A DNA stretch of 63,531 nt, the filler included, from Globobulimina sp. (lineage: Eukaryota), in the NCBI GenBank assembly GCA_003354225.1. It is 49 parts of 49 records of this genome, joined end to end, with 100 filler letters (N's around TTAATTAATTAA, not from the genome) between each part and the next. Parts side by side here need not be neighbours in the genome. Positions count along the whole stretch, not along the records: positions 36,380 to 37,577 come from PIVH01021159.1; positions 37,678 to 38,875 come from PIVH01021160.1; positions 38,976 to 40,173 come from PIVH01021161.1; positions 40,274 to 41,471 come from PIVH01021162.1; positions 41,572 to 42,769 come from PIVH01021163.1; positions 42,870 to 44,067 come from PIVH01021164.1; positions 44,168 to 45,365 come from PIVH01021165.1; positions 45,466 to 46,663 come from PIVH01021166.1; 41 more parts are not named here. One strand, written 5' to 3'. This document shows, piece by piece, positions 37,023 through 49,366 of the stretch (positions within the stretch are counted from its first letter, which is position 1; the number at the start of each line of letters is the position of its first letter). A program made the position numbers and the translations under genes. The notes beneath the pieces were generated by a model, which was not told where the DNA came from, searched no databases, and saw only the letters and a list, made by a program, of their open reading frames with translations.

Positions 37023-37577
37023 ATGGCTCCTGGTTTTCAATGTTCACATTGTAGTGTTGTTTACACTAATCTGGGAAATCTCAGGCGTCACTTGAAGAAC
37101 CATGATACAAACTTCTGGTTTTCTTGTCGCCACTGCATTTTTGCTTCCAAACGTGCTGATAATTTAAAAAGGCATTCAGACAAGTATCATTCTACCAATT
37201 ATGGTTCTGTAAATGGTTCAACGCTGCCACCTGCAGTAAATGACAACCCAGCTCATCAACCTATCAACGTACCCATTAAGTCTGCTCAAACAGATGTAGG
37301 CCATACAGATAGTTACAAAGAATTTGACATGTGTTTACAGCTTCCTCACAATTTCATCTATGCCGGAGCTACTCAGAGTGTAAGTTTACTTCATTAACCA
37401 AATGTATTATCTAACTTATGCTACTTTTGTTTCAGGGCAAAACTTCGCTGTTAATGAAAACTTTGGAAAATGCCAAAAAACTTTACAAACCCGTACCTTC
37501 TCAAATCTATTTCCTCCATAATTGTAAGTTGAACTTGTGTTATATGTTACCTATATCAATGATTACTAATGTAAAAA
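37023..37577 (+). CDS. Two C2H2 zinc fingers fused to a Polinton/Maverick-type packaging ATPase; intron 37380-37435, second donor 37524; partial
   Basis: CSHC..H..H and CRHC..H...H; splicing creates Walker A LPHNFIYAGATQS-GKT followed by LYKPVPSQIYFLH. Confidence 0.7.
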
Positions 37578-37677
37578 NNNNNNNNNNNNNNNNNNNNNNN
37601 NNNNNNNNNNNNNNNNNNNNNTTAATTAATTAANNNNNNNNNNNNNNNNNNNNNNNNNNNNNNNNNNNNNNNNNNNN

Positions 37678-38093
37678 ATAGAGAGAAGGTGTATACATGG
37701 AGCAATACGCAACAATATCAATATAATGTATGTATGGATATAAGTGGTGATATATTTGGATTGGATGAACATAAGTTAACCCGATTAAGACTACATAAAG
37801 CATATCAATTTGCAAATGATATTACAAAACAACATTATATGACCGAACAGGAAATGTTTAAACGGAATAATTGGCGGGATGCATATCAGGAATTTAGTGA
37901 AGAAACGAAAATTAATGGATATATTGAAAGAATATTAGCTGAGAGTGAGCCGGGCATAAAACCGGCCTGGATGGATTTGTCATTCTTTTGGATATTTAGT
38001 ATGTTTGGGATTTCACCCTGTTACAGACAAGCATTAGTTGCGCGCTGTGGAAATATTGATTTTGCGCTGGTGAAACAAATTTCTGTTGCATAG
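37678..38093 (+). CDS. TMEM151-like protein, C-terminal part
   Basis: LTRLRLHK...PAWM..FFWIFSMFGISPCYR...VKQIS. Confidence 0.5.
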
Positions 38094-38176
38094 ATTTAAA
38101 TTTTTTATTCTTTTTTTATATTTAATGATAGCTTCCGGCATTTTACACTGTTTTCAAAAACATTTTGCTTAAAATA

Positions 38177-38854
38177 ATGTCAGCAACAGCTAGTCGCAAT
38201 AAGGTAATGAAATTATTAGGGCTGAGTCAACTAGAACTTATAAACAAGAATAAGAATGATGCTGAGCACAAAGATAAAAATATGATCGGACAAATGTATT
38301 GCAAAAAAGAATTATGTTGGTTGCATCGTGAAATCATTGAAGACAAGAACAGTGAGATGGATATATATTTGAATAAAGATGAGAAATTCACTATAAATAT
38401 AAAAAATAATTGCAATTATAATTTAGTTATATCGACATTAAACAAAACAGGCGATATTAAGATTGACAATATTAATAACATAAAAACATTAAAACCAAAC
38501 CATATATTTTCATTATGTTTAAATGGTAAAAACGATAAATATTTAGCGATTTTAATTTATCATCAACAAAATACATGTTTTCAAGCATCCGGAAACGATA
38601 TGTATATGATATACATAGCTAATAAGTCCGCTTCTTTACAGAAAAATCATTATATCACCATATATTCGTCAGATATTTATAGTATTCGCCATAAACTTAA
38701 TTATAAAACAAATGCAAATTGGAACATAGTTAATAGAATTACTGTGTACATTCATATTATGTCTGTTTATATATTATTACTAACTTTATTACTTTTTACA
38801 TTTTACATTGGCATTGGACACAAAGTTTTGTTTATTTCAACAGTTATTGCGTAG
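38177..38854 (+). CDS. Hypothetical protein
   Basis: Open frame; no motif recognised. Confidence 0.4.
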   Translation: MSATASRNKVMKLLGLSQLELINKNKNDAEHKDKNMIGQMYCKKELCWLHREIIEDKNSEMDIYLNKDEKFTINIKNNCNYNLVISTLNKTGDIKIDNINNIKTLKPNHIFSLCLNGKNDKYLAILIYHQQNTCFQASGNDMYMIYIANKSASLQKNHYITIYSSDIYSIRHKLNYKTNANWNIVNRITVYIHIMSVYILLLTLLLFTFYIGIGHKVLFISTVIA

Positions 38855-38975
38855 ATTTGTGGAATGTATGCCAAANNNNNNNNNNNNNNNNNNNNNNNNN
38901 NNNNNNNNNNNNNNNNNNNTTAATTAATTAANNNNNNNNNNNNNNNNNNNNNNNNNNNNNNNNNNNNNNNNNNNN

Positions 38976-40173
38976 AAGAATTCGCCGATTCAACCAAAGA
39001 GGCGATGAAAATTTAAGAGATTTGTTGGAATTAAAAAAGAAAATGTGCGGTGTACGAAGGATGAATGAAATATTAGCCGTTAAAATGAAGGAAATTGTGA
39101 CCCGAATACTGCCAACCATCGAGAAACAATTAGATGCCGATGAGAGGAACAAACAGCAGGAAATAGCGCGGTTGATCCAACAAATTGATTTATGCAATCC
39201 TGACAAGTTAAAGCAACAATGCATTGCATTTAATAATCGTTTTTTGCAAAATATGAGAGATTATTATGACGGCCCATTAATACATGTATTAGACAGCAAA
39301 CATACAAAGTCCTTTGCGAAAGAGATGAATGATTTTCATGTGGAATTTGGAAAAAATACGGAGTGGAAATATAAGATTTCTGCGGGGAAATTGTTGCGAT
39401 TGGTATCGAAATCGAATACGCAGTCAAACGGTGATGATACTTATGGCGCTCCTGAACAATTAGCAAAACATTTAGAATTAGATTTAATTGGTTCTGCGTC
39501 CATATTGCGAATAATTAATGCATGGATTGCCATGATCTCGTTTATGCCCTTTCCGATTAAGACAGACCAAGATATTATTAATTATAGCGGCGCATTTCAC
39601 AGTACGCAGCAACCATTGTTATGGACAGCAATAAGGAATGTTGTATTGACCGCAGTGGATGATTTATCGCATGGATGTATATTTTTAGCTGAATTTCTGC
39701 GTTATCGATTGCATAAAGATGCGGATATTATATTTGAATATACATTGTCAAAAGTGTTTGGTTTTAATACGTCGCCAGCGTCTTCGAATAAATTTAAAAA
39801 ATCAAAAAAAAGTACCAGTCAATCTGCCAATTTCTCCGCGCAGCCTTTATTGAAACGGACGTTGAAGGATTATAAAAAAGAAACGGATTTTATTATTGAT
39901 TCGTTTAAGGATTTGGCATTTGTTAAACCACAAAACCAGGCCCGGATATTAAGCAAAAGTTTCTGCGAAAATAAAATAAATCTGGGCGAATTATTGAAAC
40001 TTTTATTGAAAAATAAAAACATTGGAACAAAATATTTCAATTCGGTGAATAATCAGCAACCGAAACCGAATGTTGCTCAAAATGAGGTGGAGGCGCCGAA
40101 TGATGGGGATGATGAGAAGAAGAGTTTGGATGATGGTGATATCGCATACGATAATGATAATTATGATATATTG
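38976..40173 (+). CDS. Probable dynamin-related protein, middle domain, partial
   Basis: MCGVRRMNEIL...ILPTIEKQL resembles the post-GTPase bundle of dynamins. Confidence 0.45.
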
Positions 40174-41282
40174 NNNNNNNNNNNNNNNNNNNNNNNNNNN
40201 NNNNNNNNNNNNNNNNNTTAATTAATTAANNNNNNNNNNNNNNNNNNNNNNNNNNNNNNNNNNNNNNNNNNNNACAAATATTTGAAAAAATAATTCCACG
40301 CCAAACTAAACAAGAAGTTTAGTGGCGAGAAAACTATATTTGTATTGAAATAATGAGCACATTTGGAAAAATAACTAAAAACAAGGAATTTAAACTAAAT
40401 AATTCGACGACTTGTAGCCAGTTGTGGGGGAATCAGCCTCCTGTAGTCGCCCTTGAATACTGTTTCAATATTTATTCATATAGAATGTCTATATCTTCCT
40501 ATTTATTTGCTAGCCTCCTTCAAATCCACATCTTTTAAGTATGCGATAGTCGCAGTTAAGCAAAAATTATCAATATCAGTATCAGCTTCTCCTCTTTACG
40601 ATCATCCGCATCATCTTCAAAATATCTCGTATGCATCACATGCGGTATTACATAACACGCCTTTCATATGTTCCTGCAACACCTCGCACTGCATAGACCG
40701 TTGTATATATACAATGCATCACATTTGGTCTCTCATTAAATATCGGAGGCTGCGCATTTAACGTTTTACCGGCTGATAATATCCTATTTTTATATTTTTC
40801 TAATATGGGTCGCCGAGTAAGCTGCTCTGAATACTGTAATATTGCTTGTTTGTTTGTATCCGTTCTGATCAATTTTGCGTTTTTTCATGCCGAATTGCTA
40901 CAATTTGTCAATATTTTATTGCTTAATATCTCATGTTTATACCATTTATGATTTTGCATTTTCTCCATTATTGTTATCCTTTTGTCACTGTCATAAAATA
41001 GCATTTTTGTAATTAAATCTGTCCATATTTTGTCAGACCACATTTTCTATGCAATTTCCAAAAAGATTGGTAATTACCATTCGCAATATGACCCCACCAT
41101 TTTTCAGTGGTATCTGAATCGCATTTATCACATACAATATATCGCATTTTATTCACAAGAAATATATAAAAATATCTGTACATATAGCTGCGCACTTAAA
41201 TGGTGGATATCCGGTCATCAAAATAGATAAAACAACACTCATTGAAAATATGTCACATTTAATACTCAATATTTGCATCCAT

Positions 41283-41335
41283 TGGATATTTGGATACGAT
41301 GGATATTTGGATACGATGGATATTTGGATACGATA
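41283..41335. repeat. 17-bp tandem repeat TGGATATTTGGATACGA x3
   Basis: Read directly. Confidence 0.85.
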
Positions 41336-41571
41336 TGGATTACAAATAATTACAGATATCCAATAATCATGCATTCGCATTTATTTTTAATCTATATTTA
41401 ATGAATATAATTTGCAATGTCTTTGCAACACATTTTCATAAACAATATAAATATCACAACTTATATTTTATNNNNNNNNNNNNNNNNNNNNNNNNNNNNN
41501 NNNNNNNNNNNNNNNTTAATTAATTAANNNNNNNNNNNNNNNNNNNNNNNNNNNNNNNNNNNNNNNNNNNN

Positions 41572-42272
41572 AATAATGATATCATTGCAATGTCTGTTTT
41601 GATACCAATGTCATTCACCGGTAATAATAAAGATCGCATCAATGAAAACATTTGGATTGACAAAGGGAAGCATATTAAAAATGTTTGGGCGGAAAATAAT
41701 ATATCTATCGTTGTTGTGATTGTTAATAAACAAATAAATGGCAGTATCGCTGATTTCGCAAACAACCGATCTGCTTCGTCAAAATCTACGCATGTAGTAT
41801 TTGAAAACGTTTCCAATCTGTTTACAGAATGCTGTTCAGCTAACGACTGTAACGCGGATGCGGCGTCCTGTGTGTTAGTATTTTGTGCTGTTATCGACCT
41901 TAATTGGTATTGTTGACTGAATGACTTTGCATATTTTGAGTAATATATAATTAATAAAGTATTAACAACACAGATAGTGACAAATGCTGCCCATTGTCGT
42001 GTTATGGCGGTGCCGATTAATACAGCAATTGTGTAGATTGTGGCGTATATTGCAATATATTTAAATGATCTTTTGATTGTTCCTAACTGTCGATTGAAGA
42101 GCCATGCTGCAAATTTTAAGTATATTTCTTGATCATCTTCAATGTGAAAAGCTGGATCCCATGTTAGATGATGATCTAATCGGAAAAAAACGGATTTGAG
42201 GAATGTTGATTCCCAGTTTGAAGCAATTACAGTGGACCATCTTTTCTCTCTCTTCTTTGAAGAAGATTTCAT
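41572..42272 (-). CDS. Multi-pass membrane protein, 5' part
   Basis: ATG-started ORF with TM segments. Confidence 0.55.
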
Positions 42273-42947
42273 TTCTATTTTGATGTTTGTCTATAATGCT
42301 AGATTTACGTCACAATAATGACATAATTGCTGCGTTTTCATGTTGGTTGGTTATTATGACGAGGCTGTGCCATAACTTTGCCATGCGCTTTTACAAACAT
42401 TTTTTTCTTTGTCAGTCTAAAAACAATTAAATTAAAAATAATACACTAAATACAGGTATCAGACTAATCAGAGTACCTGTTTTGTATCAACGTGGCATTA
42501 CATTTTTATATTAAATGCATCCACTTTTAAAAAAAACAAACACAAAAATATGATATGGTGATATATAATATCATGACATACACATTATTTTCTGTGCTGT
42601 ATCATAACATATATCACCATCCATGATATTGATAAGGAAAAGTATGGCCATTGACAGGAGACCAAGACGGTTGGAAACTATTCTCTGTCATTTGTGCTTC
42701 CATAGAAACACTGGTCATCGAATTCATTGATATATCATGCGATATATTACAATTATGGTTATAATTATANNNNNNNNNNNNNNNNNNNNNNNNNNNNNNN
42801 NNNNNNNNNNNNNTTAATTAATTAANNNNNNNNNNNNNNNNNNNNNNNNNNNNNNNNNNNNNNNNNNNNGTCAATTACGCGGAATTGCTGCCATTGATAA
42901 CGATGTTTAGTTTTGCTTTAATTGCATAATTTGTATTTATTTTTTAG

Positions 42948-43887
42948 ATTTGTTGATGAATAATGAATTAATGATAAACAGTTAAATGATTTAGATCTAA
43001 ATCAGTTAAATGATAATTGCGATATCGATAAAAAAGACGAAGAGAGTGACATTATAATTAAAGCACCAGCAAAGAGACCTGTATTTAGACCAAATGTAGC
43101 AAAGCCAAGCCAGAAAAAAACGAATTTACCATTAAAGGCATCGTCGCTTAAAATGAAACAACGATCGCGACCATCAAGCAATTATAGCTCAAAAAGTATA
43201 AATACTAAACGGGTGAAAAAAAGAGAAACCAATTCCAATATTTCAAATAATGCAAAGAATAATATTTCAAAAAGTGCACGGCGAGGAAGGCTTTCGACCA
43301 ATAAAAAACCATCAATTCCAAAATTTGATCGAAGGAAACCAGTTCCAAATAATACCAGAATCGCAGATAAACGGTTAGGTAAAAACGACAGAACTATGAA
43401 AAGTAAAACAATCAACAAAGAAAATGTAGATAAAACAAAGTTGGTTGAGAAGGATAGCAAAATAAAAAAAGAAAAAGCTACATTTAAGAGAACAAGCAAG
43501 TTATGTAATATTCTAATTAATTAAAAGTGAAAATATATAATTGTTGATATGTACAGATCAGCGGCACATTCATTACCACGCGGCATTGAGTTAGGCGTCA
43601 ATGTGAATAAAATGTTTGATGATGAACCGGTGACAATGAGTGATTATGTTAAAAGAGAAAGATTGCGGCGGCAAAGAGGCGCTGAAAGCAATGTAATGAA
43701 TAAATCAAAGCAAGCATATCCACCAAAGGTTGCACTCAAAAAAAAGTCAAGAATACAAATTAAAAAAGAAATTAAAATCGACAATCAAGCAATTGGTGGA
43801 AGAACAGCAAATAAACCATCAAATTCCAGAGATTTGGCATCAAAAAGAGCTGCATATTTTGAGTCGTTGTTGCAAAATCAAGACTGA
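42948..43887 (+). CDS. Basic low-complexity protein, last exons
   Basis: K/R/N-rich ORFs separated by an intron-like gap near 43500-43557. Confidence 0.5.
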
Positions 43888-44183
43888 ATGTTTTTTTTTT
43901 TTTGATTGGTTAAATATTTAAAAAAAGGGCAAAATCTAACTATGATTTTTTTATCTTAAACAATGCAATTTTTACCAGGCAGAAAAACCAGTAATAATTA
44001 AGGAGTTGAAATAACGCCAATAAAATCTTTAACGGCAATGGGCATTTATGTGTTTCTTCGAATAATANNNNNNNNNNNNNNNNNNNNNNNNNNNNNNNNN
44101 NNNNNNNNNNNTTAATTAATTAANNNNNNNNNNNNNNNNNNNNNNNNNNNNNNNNNNNNNNNNNNNNTTGTATACAATTTTCC

Positions 44184-44376
44184 TCCTATTACAAAATTGT
44201 ATACAATTTATTGTGTTCAATTTTACAAGCAGCCTAAACCGCCCACGCACAAACGTCATAGAAACACGCCCAGACAAGCCTAACGGGGGTAAATCGAAGA
44301 CACTATCCTTTTATAAATACAATTTTTAGTACTATAAAATTGAATACAATAAATTGTATACAATTTTACAATAGGA
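44184..44376. repeat. 42-bp inverted repeat containing AAATTGTATACAATTT palindromes
   Basis: 44184-44225 versus 44335-44376 with three mismatches; a third palindrome core at the contig edge, 44168. Confidence 0.85.
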
Positions 44377-44429
44377 CCTTATTTTTCTAAAGTTTTATCT
44401 TTATTTTTCTAAAAGTGAAATATCAAATT

Positions 44430-45365
44430 ATGGATTACGAAGATTACAAGCAAGTAGTTTCTAACGTTTCTCTTGATATACTCAATAGAAAAGTTGAAAG
44501 TGGTGTATGGAAAGGAAATAAGAATTTTGCACAAGCAATTTATAACAGATTAACAGAGATAATCGCATTAGATGAAAACATTTTTGTATATGCAGTTTCT
44601 GGACAAGGATGGGAAGACTTATGTACGTTTTTGTTCTCTGACTCACTGAAAGTCAGTGAAGAGGATGAATCAAACAGTAGTTCGTGGGAAAATATCGAAA
44701 ATGACAGCTTTAGTTCTCAAGTAGATGATGACGATAACAGCGAACATTGGCGATTAGATAATCAGGAAGGAGGAGCAGAGGAAACAGAAGGCCCTGTCAA
44801 TGTTGATAATCATTTCGACATCAGTGAAGATTATCATATTGAAGTGAAAACACTAAAGACTTCTGGAACAGCTTTCACTTTACGTTTTCGAAATTTGGAC
44901 TCTATTTCTGATATTGTTGAATTAGCTAGAGCAGCATTCGGTAAATTAATTGAACAAGCATTTGAACAAGGTGAACCTACAGATCGCGTTGGCATTGAAA
45001 TTAGACATCCTGGGTTACGCCATCGTCACATTTTTGTTCCATTTTTAAAGCAGAGTGAAATGAGTGTTGAAAAACTTTTAAGAACAATAGAAAGGGTGTT
45101 GCAATCAAACGAAAATTTTAGTTTAGATGACGAAGTGACTGTCATTTTCACAAGAATCAAAACACCAACAGGAAGCGGAACTAGCAGGAATGCATTCAGA
45201 GGAAATTTTAAAATATGGATGGCATCAAAGAGCGGCCCTCACGGTGGTTGTTTCATTCATTTGACAAATGAAGATGAACTGTGCCTGGCGCGCTCTATTG
45301 TTATTGCAGTCGCACGTGCTGAAAAGGACAAATCTGAACAGAAAAAGAAAGAATGGGAACGGATT
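44430..45365 (+). mobile_element. Polinton/Maverick/adintovirus-type protein-primed DNA polymerase B, N-terminal region
   Basis: DRVGI...IERVLQSNENFSLD...PTGSG...NEDELCLARSIVIAVA; polymerase core lies beyond the contig. Confidence 0.7.
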
Positions 45366-45465
45366 NNNNNNNNNNNNNNNNNNNNNNNNNNNNNNNNNNN
45401 NNNNNNNNNTTAATTAATTAANNNNNNNNNNNNNNNNNNNNNNNNNNNNNNNNNNNNNNNNNNNN

Positions 45466-45830
45466 TTATTGCTCTGGAAACAAAACAAGCCGCAGACCTA
45501 TGTTGTTGTCCCTGGATTCCGGGTATGTGTAGTTTCGACACGCCGAACGACTGTAAAGGGATGCATAGTTCCAGCTACCACCACGGTAAACACTAAACGA
45601 CCTGCTCCCTTCATATATGGGAGTGATGATCTCGTTTTTTACGTAGGCTTTATCCATATATATGTCCTGACACCACTCCCAGGCATTGCCCAACATATCG
45701 TACAAACCGAATTTGTTTGGCTTAAAACTTCCTACTGGTGCTGCAACTGAATACTTGTCCTCACAGTTATGAGCAGGCCAGTTCCAATCAAATTTTAATT
45801 TAGATGAAGGCGTATTTACATTAGCATATT
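45466..45830 (-). CDS. Bacterial FGE-sulfatase (SUMF1) domain, C-terminal part
   Basis: APVGSFKPNKFGLYDMLGNAWEWCQD, RGGSW and IGLRL. Confidence 0.88.
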
Positions 45831-45838
45831 GTTTTACT

Positions 45839-46459
45839 GTGAGAAAAAGATTATTGGATATACGAAATGAAGCGGAAACATTTACATGGCATATGGATTT
45901 GGATTATGATATGGTTAAAGCTGCATATGCATTTATAAAAATATTTGACGAATATGTTTTTTTGATTATGAATATCCCACGATCCGGATCTGCAACAGCA
46001 ATATGTTCACAATCGCCAGCAAATGCATTGAATTTATCGCAAAATACAGTTACAGATAATGCAATTGCTATGATAGAGAGGGCTGGTGAAGAAAAATCAT
46101 TCAAAGCATTTGTAATGGAGAAATTGGTAGAGATGGCTCGCCCTACCGTCTTATCATCAGATTTAACAAGAAGATGTTACGCAAAGAGATATAAATCATT
46201 TAAAAATTTGGATTATATAAGAATGATAGTTGAAACGGATTTTGCAGATTTATTTGTTATTGACAGAAAACCAGGTACAAAATGGATTGCAAACATCAAG
46301 AGATTAAAATTATCAGAAGTCACTGTCGATTGGAATGTATCGCAGAAGAGTGATTTGTTATTAGGCTTTAAAGAATATAGAATGACTGTAGAGAAATGGG
46401 CTAATGGTTTAGGACATGCTGAGATAATCTGGAGTAAAGCAAACAAACGATTGGTTTGA
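45839..46459 (+). CDS. Hypothetical protein, probably 5' truncated
   Basis: 206-codon ORF abutting the FGE fragment. Confidence 0.5.
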   Translation: MRKRLLDIRNEAETFTWHMDLDYDMVKAAYAFIKIFDEYVFLIMNIPRSGSATAICSQSPANALNLSQNTVTDNAIAMIERAGEEKSFKAFVMEKLVEMARPTVLSSDLTRRCYAKRYKSFKNLDYIRMIVETDFADLFVIDRKPGTKWIANIKRLKLSEVTVDWNVSQKSDLLLGFKEYRMTVEKWANGLGHAEIIWSKANKRLV

Positions 46460-46763
46460 GCTTTACGTATTGCAACAAAAAAAATATGACATCGGTGTGC
46501 ATTGCATTGGGTTTGTTTATTTAAATTGTTTCAACTAGTGACATAATTTTCATTATTGTCATCGAACTTTAACTTTTGCAATTGTGTTGTAACATAACTC
46601 ACGCAAAGTAAACACGCAATTAAATATGGATACAAGATGCAGATGCAAACATTCATTTTTTGANNNNNNNNNNNNNNNNNNNNNNNNNNNNNNNNNNNNN
46701 NNNNNNNTTAATTAATTAANNNNNNNNNNNNNNNNNNNNNNNNNNNNNNNNNNNNNNNNNNNN

Positions 46764-47407
46764 CGGTTATTTGTATAATCAATATTATGCGTGTTTAATT
46801 CAATGTTTATTATAAGTGGGTCATCGCAACCATCCTCGAACGCATATTTATTTATTTCGATAATACAATCCTCGAACTTTAATATATTACTGTTTAAGAA
46901 AATATCGTTTTCACCATCTGCGCTTTCCACGCCATGAGTAACAATCGGTTCAAGGTTTTGTTCATCGGCTTTTAGATAATTTTTAGCATAAACATCCAAT
47001 TCAACTTCTCGAATACCTAATTGAAGTGCGGTTTTGAGCATTTCAGCACTGTTTAGATCGGCATTTTGATTCCCCGCAACATATGTATTGTGCGATGAAA
47101 ATATATAAAAATCTTTAAGTGGATAATCTAACACGTCAGCGCTAGATGAAATATATTGTTTATTTTTTTTAACCGCTGGGATTAGTTTTTTTAGTGGCGC
47201 AATAATATTATTGATTCGATAATTAATGCCAAACTCGGTGAAGCGATAAATGTAGAACATTATGATATAGCCAATTATCATTAGCATACATATAAAATAC
47301 GTTTTTTTGTTATTAACATTTTCGTTCGTTCTGTTGGCATATAAAAAAATACCCATTGATAGTATCTTTAATAAAAGGATGTATAATATAAAGTTATTTA
47401 GATACAT
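46764..47407 (-). CDS. Membrane-anchored PI-specific phospholipase C (X domain), NCLDV-like, partial
   Basis: PLKDFYIFSSHNTY, GIREVELDV, VTHG, DPLIINIE; N-terminal TMs; no introns. Confidence 0.8.
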
Positions 47408-47432
47408 ATATATTATACCTATAAAATATTAC

Positions 47433-47961
47433 TTAAAACAAAGCAAAGTTTCCTCCAAAACCGCTATCAAAATCACCACCAAAACCGCTAACGTCATTAC
47501 TCATTGCTGATAAATTATTATTTATAGCATTTACGGGTTCGCTTACATTATTGTATTGTGGCTGCATTTGCTGTTGCTTTTGGACATCAGCTGGGTTGTA
47601 TGTATTGGATGGTCCATTAACCATTGGGTTTTGCGGCTGAATCGGGTTAGCTAAATGTTGTGCTCGTTGTTCAGGCATAACTCCACCATTCGAGGTTAGT
47701 CCCATAAATTCTTGCCCACGCATTGGGGGGTTTTTTACGGAGTTTCCAACTTGATTTCTAAACTCACCAGTAATTCCCTGTTCATTCTTAATGAGTTCCA
47801 TCATTTCTTTCTCCTTTCGTTCCTTCTTTTTCGCGTTATATACAACATACTTATTATAAATTAAATATAAAAATAGCGGTAGAATAGCAGATAGCCACAT
47901 ATATGAATATTCTTCTTTAATATGTAAGTATTTTAAAAAGATTATATGTACAATATGTAGG
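47433..47961 (-). CDS. Hypothetical membrane protein, NCLDV-like
   Basis: TM, Q/N/P-rich body, G/F-rich tail; 25 bp from the next gene. Confidence 0.5.
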
Positions 47962-48064
47962 NNNNNNNNNNNNNNNNNNNNNNNNNNNNNNNNNNNNNNN
48001 NNNNNTTAATTAATTAANNNNNNNNNNNNNNNNNNNNNNNNNNNNNNNNNNNNNNNNNNNNTCA

Positions 48065-49259
48065 TTATACATTTTCATATTTTGTATTAACGTCATGTTT
48101 GCGGCCATCCTCAAACTGAATAAGCATTACAGAGATATTGTCGGCCGACCCTTCAATAATAGCATCATCCACTAAATCGCCCATATTTTTTGCAGTATCA
48201 ACGTTTCCATCCTTCTTTGCATGCAAATGAAAGGCCAACTTATTCATTAAAATCTCGTCCGACCACTTTTCAGTTAAACCATCACAACTCAGCAACAACG
48301 CATCTCCCATATTTGCTTCTGCCTCAAACTCCGCATACTCGCACTCGCAAAGCACGCCTGATCCCTCATACTTTATTCGTCGATCTCCAAAGGCGCGCGT
48401 TACACACAACAATCCATCGACGCGGCCATTCACTATCTTACCTCCAATGCCTTCGATACGACTCACCTCTTTCTTATTGCTGGTGTTGTGATCAACAGTC
48501 AGTGCTTCAAACGAATTGTCAGCGCGCACCAAAAAAGCTCTTGCATCGCCCATCCAAAATACACGGCCTCTATGCTCTGGAAACATATTGTACAAAAAAT
48601 GAAAAACACACACATTATATTAAACAAACATTATATTCGTTGACATATTACATTTAATGATTTTACATTTTGACACATTCCTTATAGCATAGTACATATT
48701 TGCCGCACGCGATATAATATGACAGCATTCGAGCGTTAAACATAGTATTTGTGTGACATGAATAAAAATAGTATAAATCTGATTTTGTATTTTTACCACA
48801 AACAATTTATAGACGAATTATAGTGCGAAAAAATGTACAGTTAGGTCACAAACTATAACATGTAGAAAGTCAAAAAATTTATTTGCTACTGCAGTATCTG
48901 TCATTTATTTGCCTCATAGTCATCTGACAGCAAATAATGATAGATGCGGAATAATAGAAAAGACATACAAACCCAGGTCAAATCCCAACAATAATTTGCC
49001 GCCAGCTAACGAATGACGTAACGACGCTGTTTTCATTGGAGATATATCAGGCTGAACATGGTTAGTTTCTGCACGCGGCAAATTTAGAGCTGCGTCAAAA
49101 TGAGTTATTGCAAACACGATGGTGCAGCCCGCATTATACTCTGTATTGGCAATGAATTCTTTATCCATTTGTTTAATGGCTGCGATGATATCTTCATTGT
49201 TTTCAAGATCTTGCAAATCGTTTAATAGTTCATAGAGATGGTCAGCGACAAATTTTGAA
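48065..49259 (-). CDS. PP2C protein phosphatase, multi-exon, partial
   Basis: AGCTIV, GDARA, LTVDH, RVDGLLCVTRAFGD, SCDGL and GSADNIS. Confidence 0.9.
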
Positions 49260-49366
49260 NNNNNNNNNNNNNNNNNNNNNNNNNNNNNNNNNNNNNNNNN
49301 NNNTTAATTAATTAANNNNNNNNNNNNNNNNNNNNNNNNNNNNNNNNNNNNNNNNNNNNAGACAAG

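Noticed and set aside
40274-41471. Possible decayed retroelement on the minus strand
   Set aside because: Stop-riddled frames with no motif I can identify confidently.
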